Below are positions 25,673-38,410 of a DNA stretch of 64,000 bases, one piece after another (the stretch's first letter is position 1; every line of letters starts with the position of its first letter). Made by a program: the position numbers and the translations under genes. Source of the stretch: the human T2T-CHM13v2.0 reference genome, Homo sapiens; NCBI RefSeq assembly GCF_009914755.1, contig NC_060925.1; one strand, 5' to 3'. Below the pieces are notes generated by a model. The model made no database searches, was not told the origin of the DNA, and saw only the letters and a list, made by a program, of their open reading frames with translations.

Positions 25673-25749
25673 GTCTCAGCTACAGACATCAGTGACTCTC
25701 GTCCCCTGTGCACAGAGAGACATGAACACACAGATGTTCATACCAAGAG
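25673..25749 (-). ncRNA. MIR4420: pre-miR-4420 (mature at 25696-25675) in LAPTM5 intron 4
   Basis: The reverse complement of 25675-25696 is GUCACUGAUGUCUGUAGCUGAG, which I recognise as miR-4420. It sits in a 77-nt imperfect hairpin. Confidence 0.8.
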
Positions 25750-26325
25750 CTGGTGGCAGACCCAAGACTAGAACCAAGGTCTCCAGACTCCCGGGCCAGG
25801 GCCCTTCCATGATGTAGCCCCCCGGTCTCTTCAAGGACAACAGTTGGGGAGAGTGAGAAAAGCAGGTTTGGGAGACTGTGTCCTTGACTGGCAGCAGCCC
25901 TCAAGCCACCCCACAGTGGGCGCTCACTGGCATGAATCATCCTTCTCTTCCTTTCTTCAACTTGGTTCCAAAGAAGAAATAATACTGGGGGCTGGGGGCT
26001 AAAAAGCGCACATGTCCTTTCCTCAGGTGTCAATTCACTCCCAGCAGCACTGACTGAGTGCTGACCATGGGCTGCACCCCCAATGTGTGTGTTCCTCATG
26101 TAACCCTCATAAGGCAGGCTGATGAGATGTGATTGCAGGTACATTCCACAGAGGAAGAAACTTGGGGCAATGTGGAGGGACTCAGAGACTGGGTCAAGAC
26201 ACCAGCCAGGAAGAGGGCTCCTACCCTCCCCAGCCTGAGCACAGGGCCCGTGTCTGGTCCCCTCCCATCTCCCATGCCAGACCTGGGCTCTGCTGTCCGG
26301 TGAGAGGTGGGGGCTGGGTACTCAC

Positions 26326-26454
26326 AGCACGGCTCCGGGAGGCCAACTTGAGGTAGGCGGGCAGCTCAATGTAGGAGCCCAGCAGGGTGAGCAGGCACAG
26401 GAGATAGTCCATGATTTGCAGGGACAGGAAGGGCAGCAGGTACTTCTCCCGGTT
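26326..26454 (-). CDS. LAPTM5: LAPTM5 exon 4
   Basis: 129 nt, phase 0-0. Encodes NREKYLLPFLSLQIMDYLLCLLTLLGSYIELPAYLKLASRSRA. Confidence 0.97.
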
Positions 26455-28156
26455 CTGAAAGGTAGGCCCAGCACCGTCAAGTGTCCCCTGCATGCAGCCA
26501 ACACTCCGCCACCCAGCCTGATATCCTCATGCATCCCCTTCCCACCCTCTCCCAAACCTTCCCTGCCCTCCTCAGTTGAGGTCACCTCCCTCTGAGTGAC
26601 ACTCTGGGGACAGGGAGTGGATAAGACCCAGGCCCTGAATGAGAGGAGTCTTGGTGTCCCAGGAGACGTAAGGGAACCATCCCCATCTATCAGGGCTCAA
26701 AGAGCAGGATTTGACTCAATTTGCTCACAAGAACCCAGCAAGGAAGGGCTTTGTGCACTTTTTACAGAGGAGAGGGGACCAGAGAGGACTTGCTGGAGGT
26801 GGGGACACCAGGGCTAGATCGGGGAAGGAGACTAGGAGTGAACAGGAGGGAGGGGCGGGGCACTGGAGGCAGAAAGACCAACATGAGTGAAGGCCCGGAG
26901 GCAGCAGAGAGCCCCTCCCCCCCACCCCCCACTCCCCACCACGCCCCGCATACAATTGGACCTTCCTCCACCAGCCACTCCCAGGGGTCCAAAGTCACAG
27001 TAAGAGGCCCTGCCAGGAAGAGGCTGAAGTCCCTCTTCTTCAATTGAAAGCAAGTGACCACCATGACCAGTATTCATTCATATGCTCTCACAGCTGGGGA
27101 CAAAATCACTGCAACAGTGGTTTCCTGGTGTCTCATGTGGTCGTCTAAAATCACTCAGGAGGCAACCAGAACAATCTTGACTGATCTCAGAGTCTTCAGG
27201 GACCACCTGCTCCATTTCTCCATTTCTCTAGCTGAACCCTTTGAGTTTCTGCACAAGCACCCACAGCCACCCTGCACAAGGCAAACGGCCTCCCCAGGCA
27301 GCATGGGTTCCAAGACAGAGTGAGTGTTAGCAAGGGGAGTGGGTGCTGGCATTTGAGGCAGGGTGGACGCATTCCAAACCAGCACCAAATCATCGCCCCA
27401 CTCCTCCGGCCCTGCAAGGGCCAGGCCCCTGTCTGCACAGGAAGGACCCTCTTTCTGGATCCTACTCCCATGGCTATGTGGTGAGGCCCTGGCTTCCTGC
27501 CTTTCTGGGGACCCAGGGACCGCGGGTTCCTCTTCTGCAGGGGATTGAGCTACAGCCCATCTCAACTCTCCCACCAGATTTGCCTCGGGCCCAGGAGCCC
27601 CTCGTTGTCACACTAGACTGTCCCTGTCTCTCTGAAGGCCCATCTTCCCCAATCAGATCATGAGCTCTCTGGGGGCCTTCCAGGGCGTAGGTCCCCCTCA
27701 GGGTGCTGGCTCCTGTCACTGCATGGATAGAGCTGCATGCATCCTACTTTCCCCCTTCTTCGGCTCCTCTCATCCATTACAAAATCCAGTGCTTTCTCCC
27801 GTCTCTCACCCCCAGAAACAACACTTCCTCTTTTCACTCTCAAAATTCCCTGCTTCCACCTGCCGTTTAAAAGGATGTGAGTCATCAGCTAGTTCTCACC
27901 AAAGTGTGGGTGACCAGCATAGCCCACCATGCCCGGCCCCGTGGAGGCTCATGTTACCAGGGAACTGAGGTCACCTGCCCAGGGAATCTCAGGGAGAAAC
28001 ATGGTTCTCCAAAAGGTATGTGTGAAGATCTCCAGAACGCAGGTGGGACCGCCTAACATACCCGCCTCCCACCCTCTCAGCACCCAGCACTGCCCACCAC
28101 CAGTGGGTGTGAATAACAGGAAGGGGCAGGGGGCAGCGGGGCTCCTGAGCCCTCAC

Positions 28157-28233
28157 CTTGACTACGCCGATCAGTAGGCTCAGGCTGATGATGAAGAGCA
28201 TGGTGATGAGCAGGAAGCTGGAGATCAGGTCAG
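28157..28233 (-). CDS. LAPTM5: LAPTM5 exon 3
   Basis: 77 nt encoding (A)DLISSFLLITMLFIISLSLLIGVVK, acceptor ctttcag and donor GTGAGG. Confidence 0.97.
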
Positions 28234-28972
28234 CTGAAAGGCAAGGAGAGCAGGGAGGTGCTCAGGGGTGCCCCTGGGACCCCAGCCAGGCTCCCAGGAC
28301 CACACTTGGGGAACCACTGGTTTGGGGACATGAGGATGCACAGGAAAGCCCAGGCCCTGCCCTCTTGCAGTCCTGAGTCTGGAGTGAGTACAAAGACAAA
28401 AGCAGAACATCACACATAGCACAGGAGGATGCGACAGAGGGTGCTGGGCTGGAGGTGCAGGCTGGGGTCCACTTCAGCCAGGGTGAGGCTGAGGAAGGCA
28501 TCCCTGGGGAGTGGCCTGAGAGCAATGAGGAATCGGCCTGAGACAGGGACAGGGTTGGTGAGGTCAGTGTGGCTGGAGCAAGGTGTGGGGTGGAGAATCG
28601 CAGGGAGATGCTGTCAGAGAGGTGGGCAGAGGCTGGATCCTATGGTGAGGAGTTTCCATTTTATTCTAGTGTGATGAGCAGCCACTGACGGCTTTAAGCA
28701 GAAGAGTGAGGCTATCACCTTTACCAGCTGGTGGGGATTTGCAAAGTGCCATTCCATCTGCTCTCACCACCTGCAGATGTGGGTGGGGTCAGGTGGAACA
28801 TCCCCATTTGCGGATGAAACAGCTGAGGCCCCAAGAAAGGAAGACACTTGCCAGAGGTCATCCATCGTCCATGGAGAGGTGGCAGTGCCTCCAACACTAG
28901 CCTGGCTATCCCTGGCCAGGGCCCTCCCTGTCCTCCTCCCCCCGCCACTCCACCGGCGTCCCCTGGACCTAC

Positions 28973-29066
28973 CGATCCTGAGGTAGCCCATCTGGGAGAG
29001 CTTGCAGGACGCCTTGCCATGGGCCACCTCTACTGAGTGCTCGATGAACAACAAGACGCTCATGAT
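28973..29066 (-). CDS. LAPTM5: LAPTM5 exon 2
   Basis: 94 nt encoding IMSVLLFIEHSVEVAHGKASCKLSQMGYLRI, acceptor ctccag and donor GTAGG. Confidence 0.97.
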
Positions 29067-29816
29067 CTGGAGGCAAAGCAAAGCATCAGTCAGCTGAGCC
29101 TGCATCACGGCCCCCCGACCAGCCCCTCCCACCTTAGTGGTGTACAGCAGGGAAGCCAGTAGTGGGGATCCTGGAGCAGATGGCATGCCAGGTCAGTAGG
29201 GCATCTCAGACAAAAGAGTGGCCTTTACACACAGAGAGCCCATGTTCAGAATCCTGGGTCTTCCTCTCTCCAGCTATGTGACCCTGGGCAAGCTACTTGA
29301 CTTCTATGTGCCTCGGTTTTCCCATCTGCAAGATGGGGATAATACTAGTAACTTCCTTAGGAGGCTACTGTGAGGAGTAAATGAGACTATCCCAGGAGAG
29401 CCCTTAGGCCCAGTTCTCAGGAAGAGTGGTAACTGTTACTACTGAAGGTCAGGCTTAAAGAGGTGGGGTGGGGGGTAGAAGCTGAAGGCCCCTCCACTGC
29501 ATCCCCTTCTGTAACAACAAGCTCTGGGGATCAGAGAGCACCATAGAGCTTCAGGTTCCCGGAATCATCAACACAGGCCCAGGAGGGCCCTGGAGAGCAT
29601 CTAACCCTGAATCTCTGTCTCCCATGGCCCCTCAGGGAACAATAACATCTTCCTCATAGGATTGTGGTGGGGCCAGATGGGATAATTCACTTAAAGTACC
29701 TGGCAGATAGTAAGCACTCAATCTGTGCTGTTATCCATTATCCCCATTCGACTGTAGGTTCCAGGCAGGGAAAGCCTGTATGTCTCTTTGTTCATTCCCC
29801 TAGCTGTTGTATTTGT

Positions 29817-29852
29817 TGAATGAATGAATGAATGAATGAATGAACAAATGAA
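29817..29852 (+). repeat. (TGAA)n microsatellite
   Basis: tgaatgaatgaatgaatgaatgaatgaa run. Confidence 0.85.
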
Positions 29853-32800
29853 CCCCACACTCTCAGATGACCCTTGCTAAGAATGATGTGGAAGGGGCGA
29901 ATCTGATAGGCCTGAGTGTTGGGGTGGCCCTAGAAACAACTGAAGTTCAGCCACAAAACTGCAGTTTTAAAGAACCTTGGAGGTCACCTTATCCATGCCT
30001 CCCATAAACCTGTGCCATGCAGCCTCTACTTAAGTGCTTCCAGCCATGGGGAACTCACAACCTTATGTGTGTCCATGTCCTCACAGCAAGCCCTCCACCC
30101 TTCCCCTATGACATACATACAGTTCTCCAGGTAACCTCTGCCCATATAAAGAACAAGAAAACTGTCCCCTCCCCTCTAGTCGGTGCCCTATCTCTATTAA
30201 TATGGCCCTAAGTTTACATCGGCTTTCTAGGCAGCCCTGCACTGGTAACTCATGCTCAGCTGACAGGCAACCAGCCACCCACCATCTGTTTCCCCCTTGC
30301 TGACTGTGTGGGTTTTTTTTTTTTTTTTTTTTTTAGCTCAGACACAGGTCTCAACTTGTCTTCCTGCCACATTACATCCTGTTTAGGGGCGTGGAAAGGG
30401 ACTGAACGGAAGAGTGATGAAGAGCTGGGCTCCAGAATCAGATCAAGAGGATTTTGAATCCAGGTCACTGTGTGACCTTGGGCAAGTCTCTTAACCTCTC
30501 TGAGTTTCCTCATCTGGAAAATTGCAATCACTGGATTTAGTGAAGATTAAATTGCATTATATTTGCAAAGCACTGAGCTCAGGGACTGGCAGGGGGTGCC
30601 CAGCAAACAGAATCTGCTTTTGGCTGGGGCAAGCTTACGTGGTTCGGCAGTAGTACCAGGAGCACGGTGCATGCTCTAACTGCCCCCTCTACCTGCTAAA
30701 GAGTGAGCTGGAAAGGCTTTGTCTCATCAGGAAAGTTGAGAACACCCCAAAAAGAAGGCAGGTGTGGTGAGGGCTGTGGCTGACACTCACAGGAAACAGC
30801 CCTGAGAGAAAAAAACTCCTTCCTCAGCCCCTAAAGGCCAGGCCGCAGCCCCTCTCCTCTCAGTTTCACCTTGAACGAGAGAAAGAGAAAGGGAGGCAGA
30901 TGACAGCTCCGTCCAGCACAGAACGGGGTGTCCTGTGAAGTGGTGAGCTCCCTGTTCCTGGGAGTATGTAAGCAGATCACAGATGAGTCACAGCTGGGCT
31001 TAGAGAAGGACCATGAGCATCTGCCAGCTGTGAAATGAGAAGACTTTCAAAGTCTCAAGATTCCAGGATTATCTGAGATCTGGAACAAAGCCTAGAATCA
31101 GATCATCTCAACCTCCCCTTGCTAGAAGGAGCCTGCATGTACTTGTTTTATAAGCTTCCTCTGCTTGTTTTATAAACTCAGAGAGATTAGGTGGCTTGCC
31201 CAAGGACACACAGCAAGTTGAGGGAGGAGCCCAAGTCTCCCAGTGCTGTTCTGATGCCTTCCCATTCCCCTGACCCCCAAAATGCCTCAGAGCCCTGCTA
31301 GCCTGAACCCCGGAGAGGACTTAGATATTTTGATCATGCATCTATGTCAGTAAAACCTTTTGCACACACGCCTCTATTTTTCTTTCTTTCTAAATTACAC
31401 GCATGTGTTGCTGTCCTAGTTTATCATGAACATCATAAAACAGCTACTAAAAAATTTCCAGAAATTAAAAAATTATATGATGGAAAAATTTAGAAATTTT
31501 AATATTGTCCTCCTGAGGCCATGAGGTCACCTTGGACATTACCCGACTTTAGAGACCTCTACTAATCCTCAACTCCCCCTACAACTCCTCTGTTCTCCTC
31601 CAAGCATCCCTTACTGCCCTGTAACCCCTCCAATCACCCCAGGGGAAGAAGGGGACATTTGTACAGCCTAACTCCATGCCACATGATCTTCCCCACTACC
31701 CAGAAAAGGGACTATTCTTAATACTTTCCTTCCCATTTCACAGACGAAGAAAGTGCAGCTCAGAGAGGTCCAGGGCCTTGCCCAAGGCCTCCCAGCTGGT
31801 CATATGCAGGGCTAGGGTTCAAATCTTGGCCAATTCCCTCCGCTGCCCGGCATCTTCCAGCCACCCGGGCTCTGCCTAAGGCCTAACCCTTCCCCTCAGT
31901 GCCTCAGTGGAGGCAGAGAGGCGCCCCCATCCCCTCTCCCTCTGCAGTCCCCCCTCCCTCCCCTCAGCCCCAGCACCAGGCACCAGAGGTATTTCTACTT
32001 TTGTGAAAACCACCTGCATTTAAAACCCAGGCTCACCCTCCCCCATTTCACCTTTTCTCAACAACCCTGCGGCAGGGGACGAGGGAGGACTTTGTCCCCA
32101 TTGCCGGATGGCTCACGAGACTCATAGAGGGCAGGGGACCAGCCCACAGTCACAGAGCGAGGCAACCTCAGAGCCTGACTTAGACTCTGAGGGGCCCCGA
32201 CCTTCCACGAAGATGCCAGGCCCTGACCCAGGAGAAAGGGAGGAAGCTCGGCTCTCCAGGCACCCATGTGGCTCTCTAGGACATAGGATGGAGAGGAACT
32301 CACATTTATTCAGCACCTACTGTGTGCTCAGACCTGCACGCACAGGCTTGCACTGCAATCTCCCAAAACTTTACAAGACAGGCAACATTTTCCCGTTTTA
32401 CAGATGAGGAAATGGAGGCTGAGAGAGAACTCACATGTCCTGTGTCACGTGGCCCGGCTGGGGTGTGAACCCTGTTGCCTCTCTCCTGGGGTCAGGGCTC
32501 CCCACAAGGTTGAACTTGCTCCCCTGAGGCTCCAGGATCTCTCTAGCCATCTGCCCACCCTTCCCTGGCAACCAAGCCCCAGCCCCAGCCACTCAGAGCT
32601 CAGGAGACAAGAGCTGGGGAGCAGGAGGCCTCCTCCACTGCCTCACTGCTGTGTGGCCCTGGCCAGGTTCTGGCTTCTCCCTGGCCTCAGCTTTCGATTC
32701 TGGTCAATGAGAAGAGACCCTCATTTTCCCCTGGGGCCATTGGGATGACAGAACGCAGGAGGGTCAGTGGGGTGGAGCTCCTACACACTGTAGGACATCT

Positions 32801-34379
32801 CACCCAGGCTGCCCACAGTCCTCCACCCCCAGCCACCCCAGGGCCAGCACCCTGCCCCTCAGAAGGCCCTCACTGCCCCACCCATGTCCCTAACCAACAG
32901 CTGTTGGTAGTTCCTGGAAAGTACCTGGCCGACCTACAGAGTATGCAGACAGTCAACATTTCCAAGCCTCCAAGCCCTTGCCTTCCCCTCATGTCCCCGG
33001 TTTCCACCTGGACACAGCGCTGCCTTCTCCCCAAGCTCTGAGAGCCCAGCTGGGCTGTGACCTTGGGACCCGAGCCATCCCATGACAGGTACAAGGCTTC
33101 TCTCCCCCAACAATGCGCAGGCAGACAGCATGCCCTCACCCACTTGCTCCCCAATTACAGCATCTTTTCACCCACTGTCCCTTCATTCTATGCTGGTGAG
33201 ATCATGAAGATAAGAGCTCGGGTGCTGGGGTCAGATGGCCCCAGGCCCCAGCCGAGCTCTGCACCCTTGAGCCAGCCACTAACCTCTCTGGGCCTCGGCT
33301 CCTCATCTGAGGAATGGGGATAATCACTGACCTGCCTCACAGGATTGCTGAGGTCAAATGGAATCGTGTGGTGCGCGGAGCCGGGCACACAGCAGGTGCA
33401 CCATAAACAAGCACAATTGGGTGGTGGTTTTTGCTACCTCTGGGCATTCACTGACTCTCAGTAAACACTCTCTGAGCACCTACCGCCTCCAAACTCTGTC
33501 TAGAAAAGCCACTGACCCTGGCGTGCCGGTGTCACAGTCTCCAGGGAACTCGATACATGAATGGTGTGCTCAGAGCCATGACAGAGGACACGCATGGGGC
33601 TTGGGGTCCTTGATGAGGGAGAGCGCATTGCTGTCTAAAAAACTTAGGGAGAATTTCACCAACAGGAAACCCATGAGCGTGGCTTTGAGGGGCAAGTAGG
33701 AGTTTTCCAACACAGAAGAGAAGAAAGCATTCCAAAAGAGCAGACATCATGTGCAAAAGCCACAGGCCTGGTGGTGCAGGTGTGTTTCAGTCCCTTCAGG
33801 GAAACTCAGAAGGCACGGGAGTGTCTCTTCCCTGAGAGGAGGATGTTACCAGCGGGGAAATATGGCCCAGAGAGAGACAGCGACCAGCCCAAGGTCACAC
33901 ACCAAAACTGTCGCAGGGTCAAAATCAGCTCTGTCCTCCTGCCTCCAAGCCAGGCTCAGGCTGCGGTCCCAGCCATGCTCAGCCACCCTTCCCACCCCCA
34001 CTCTCCTTTCCCGCTTTTCACCTCTTCTTCTGCCCATCTTTGGTTTCAGTTCTTATTCCCGTCTGCACGCAGCCTTTCTTTCTTAATGACAAACACAGCT
34101 TCCCCAAGCTGGCCAGTTGGGGAAGTGGCCAGGGGCAGGGGGATTTGTTTCTTTTCCTGGTGGCTCTGAGGAGCAAGCAACAGGTTGAGCTAAAAGAATG
34201 GGGGCAGGGGCTGGAGGATGGAAATCAGGGAAGATGGGGACAATGGGGTCAGTATTGAACATGGCTGGGCAATAAGGATGGCGGTACCAGAGGGGATGCG
34301 GTGAAAACAGTGCACCAGGTGTCACCTGGGAGGCACTGGCCATGGTGACCATGTGAGGCGGGGAGTGGCTGTTGGGATG

Positions 34380-34520
34380 TTGTTGGAGTTGGCGTGGTGA
34401 TGACAGTGATGATCAGAGATGCTGTTGGTGATGTTGGTGACAGTGATGGGGGTGACGGCAATGGGGACATCAGGATAGGATGGTGATAAGGAATATCATG
34501 TGGATGGTGGTGATGACACA
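34380..34520 (+). repeat. Degenerate (GAT/GGT)n low-complexity tract
   Basis: ggtgatgacagtgatgat...ggatggtggtgatgac. Confidence 0.65.
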
Positions 34521-35569
34521 AGAACCCCCGATTCTGGGGTTCAAAGACCAGTCCCTTCTGCAGGAGAGCAGGCCCACTCTCTCTCACTCCCTGAGGCCCA
34601 GGACCCACCGTCTCAGAAGCAGGCAGGCGGAGACCCACCATCTGAGATTTTCAGGGAGGTAAAGATTATAGAGAAAGGACCCAGCCGTCAGTGAGCACAC
34701 ACCCGTGCCAGCCAGAGTGTGGACACTTTCCTATCCGTTTACTTCATTGGCTCCTCCTACCAAATGTGCGAGCCCAGGACAGAGGCTGCACAAGAAGACA
34801 GGCCCGGGCTTGTCTTCAACCCTTCCCAACAGACAATGCAGTTTGCCATATGGGTCCCAAGTGCCAGAGCCCTCCCTTGCCCCTCCCCCTCAGGGCTGCT
34901 CCACCCTGACCCTGTGTCCTACAGCCTCACACTTCTGCCATCATCATTATTATTATGGCCCCTCCCTGAAGCTCAGTCCCCTCAACCTCACCTGCCCACC
35001 CTGATTTCCCTGGGTTGCCTGGGAGGAGGATGTGAGAAGGGAGTCAGATGTGTCACCATCAAGAGGAAGCTCCCCTTCCCCACCCTGTGCTTCTGGTCAG
35101 AGCTTATGAGGGCTCAGTGGGGGCCAGCCCCCCAAGAGCACTATCTCCCCAACCACCTCTCCAGCCAGCCCAGATACCACCAGACGCCCCCATTCCTGGG
35201 GCCACGCACTCCGCAGCAGCCCGGCCTGGCTGCCTGCAGCTCCCCAGAGCCTGGCTTCTCTCTCCTCTTCACTCTTCCGCAGTTCTCGTCCTCACCCGCC
35301 GCCTCCACCTCATCCCCTCCTCCCTCCACTGGGCTCTGGGGCTCACAGACCTCAGTGAGAACCCCAGTGCAGCCGCTGATCCCCTGTGGGATCCTGGCCT
35401 GGCCATGTTACTTCATCTGTAACATTTCCTCATCTGTAGAAGGGAGAGAAGAATCCATCCACCTCCTGGAGTGGGTGTGAGAAGTAAATCATTGAAGACA
35501 GTGATTCAGAAAGATCAACTGAGCAGCACAGGTGCCTGTGTGTGGACACCCAGCACGGAGCCTGGTGGC

Positions 35570-36020
35570 CATGGCTGCCTTATTTGTAACAGCCCCAAGC
35601 TGGAATCAATCCAAATGTTATTTTGCAGGAAAACAGGCAAATGCATTGTGGTAGATTCATTCAATGGAGTATACACAGCAATGGAAAAAATGAGTTAGCT
35701 ACCCGCAACCACACAGACGAAGCTCCCAAACATAACGTTGGGAGAAAGAAGTGCTCACAAAAGAACACGCGCTGCAGAATTTCATTTCTACGTAATTCTA
35801 CAGATGTATGTATTATAGAACTACATAGACAGGCAGAAGTCAGTGGGGGCGGGGCAGTGGCGAGGCGGGGGCTCTAGGGGCCTCTGGGTGCTGGTCTGAT
35901 TTCTTAGTTTGGGTGGAGGTCACATGGGTGTGTTCACCTTGTAGAAGCCCACCAAGGTGTGCACTTAAGATAGCTGTGCTTTTCTATAGGTAAATTATAC
36001 ATCAAGAAAAGGTTTGCAAA
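35570..36020 (+). mobile_element. Old L1 (L1ME-like) 3' fragment
   Basis: Motifs ttatttgtaacagccccaagctggaa, attcaatggagtatacacagcaatgg and gtgcacttaagatagctgtgc match L1M 3'UTR. Confidence 0.7.
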
Positions 36021-36909
36021 AATCAAATAGAGATTGGCTGGCACCTCCTGTGCCAGGTTCCACGGGATCATGAAGATGAATCAGGCTGGGTCAAGACCCA
36101 AACGAGCATCCAGGCCAGAGGGCACGACTCCCAGGGACCCAGCACACAGGGCTCTGGGTCAACACCCAGAGCTCAGGGTCCAACCGTAGGGGTCAGGGCG
36201 GGCTTCTCAGAGGAGGTGGATCTTGAAGAAGATTCCCCGAAAGAGCAATGGAAAAAGTGTTCCAGGCAGAGGAAAGGGCATGAGCAGAGGCCAGTGTGCA
36301 TGAGACGCATTCAGGAAACGGCAAGACGTTCCTCTTAGTAAACTGTGATTTGGCGTCATCCATGTGCTGAATACGCAGCAGGCCTCAGTAAATGGCAGCA
36401 GTTGGCTGGGGGAACACACGGATCCACCGGTTTGGCAGGGGTGGGGCCTCTGGGGTTAGAGAGAAAGGGGAAAGAGCATGCAGGAGATGTGACGGCTCAT
36501 GCAAAACCTAGAGAACCTAGACTCGGACGGCTCAGATGGCGCTGGAGGAGGTTGTCACCTGCAGCACAGGAAGTGCTGTGACTGGGCGCTAGCAGCTAAC
36601 TTTGCCCCAAAGGCAAACAGTACCAGTGAATCCCAGCAGCAGAGATATTCTGGCTGGTGGTAGCTTATCAAATCTCCCTTTAGGAGCAGCCAGTGGGGGG
36701 CTCAGAGTTGGCCTCCAGGTATGACACAAGGCCCTGTCATTCTCCACTTCCTAGATATCTGGGGAAGCACCCTCCACTCCCCAAACGATTCCCTAAAACC
36801 ATCACTTCTCCCTTTATCTTCAGAGCAAAGACCCACAATAGTGATAATAAGTATTGATACTATTATTGTTGTGCATTTATTAGACGCCAGGTCCTCTTCT
36901 GAACTTATA

Positions 36910-36999
36910 CAGTCGGCCCTCTGTATCACGGGCTCTGCATCTGAGTATTTTCAATCTGCAATCCACGATGTGGAACCTGCGGATAGGGAGGGCCGACTG
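36910..36999. mobile_element. Tigger-family MITE remnant (MER2/MER8-like) with terminal inverted repeats
   Basis: TA|CAGTCGGCCCTC ... GAGGGCCGACTG, a perfect 12-bp TIR. Confidence 0.8.
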
Positions 37000-37939
37000 A
37001 CCATACACTCTCTCGTGTCAACCTCGCGCCAGTCTTGAGAGACAGGTTCTAACATGAGTCCCATATTTTTCTGATTTTGCAGGTAAAATTGAAATCAGCT
37101 CTTTACACATGGGCTCTGTGCTTCTCAGAACAAGGCTCTGGGGATGGCAGAGCTGACCCCCTCCCCCATCCCATGGCTGCCAGGAAGGCTGCCTTCCCTG
37201 CCTCCACCTGGAGCAGACACCTGGGCTCGGGTTCTTTATCTAACACAGGCTGCAGAGTCACTTGCCCTCCTGAGCCTGTTTCCTCATCTGTAAAATGGAG
37301 GCCCCCGTGGCAGCTGCCATTTTTCCAGTGCCACAAATGGTAGTTACTGAATCCCACTTGACCAGGGAGGAAATTGAGGCTGGGGGACGGGTGCCTTGTC
37401 CCAAGCAGCCCCTGTGCAGGGCTGAGGCAGTGCAGCTCATGGCTTTGCTTCCTGCCTCATTAGGGGGTGCTTTGTGCCACTTCCCTTGGCAGGGTGGGGT
37501 CCCCTGGGAAACCAACGCTCGCCTCACAGTGAGCTCAGAGCGAAGTCCTGGTTCCAGGCTGATGCTCTAGGCTCAAAATAAAAGCCTCACTTCCTGGAGG
37601 CCTCGGGGCCAGGTTGGCAACAGAGAAGTCTCGGCCAGGCCAGGCTAGGCCCTTCAGCCACTCTCTGGGTGGGATGGGCCATGGGGGCCTCCTGCTTTTA
37701 GAAGCTGGGGTTCACACCCCTGAGGTGAGGAGAACAACTCAGTTCTGACACTGAGGAGGGGCTACAACTCCCACCCTGCCCCCACCGGCCTCCTCACCCC
37801 TCCGTGAAGCGCACAGAGCTGCAGTGGCAGAGAACGTGGCCTCTCTGTCCAGCCCAGGGGCATTGGACATAAAGGTGGCAAGTTCTAACAGATTCTCACC
37901 CAGGGTTTTCCCCACCTGGCAGTTTGGACCCATTTTTCA

Positions 37940-38410
<471 letters not shown>

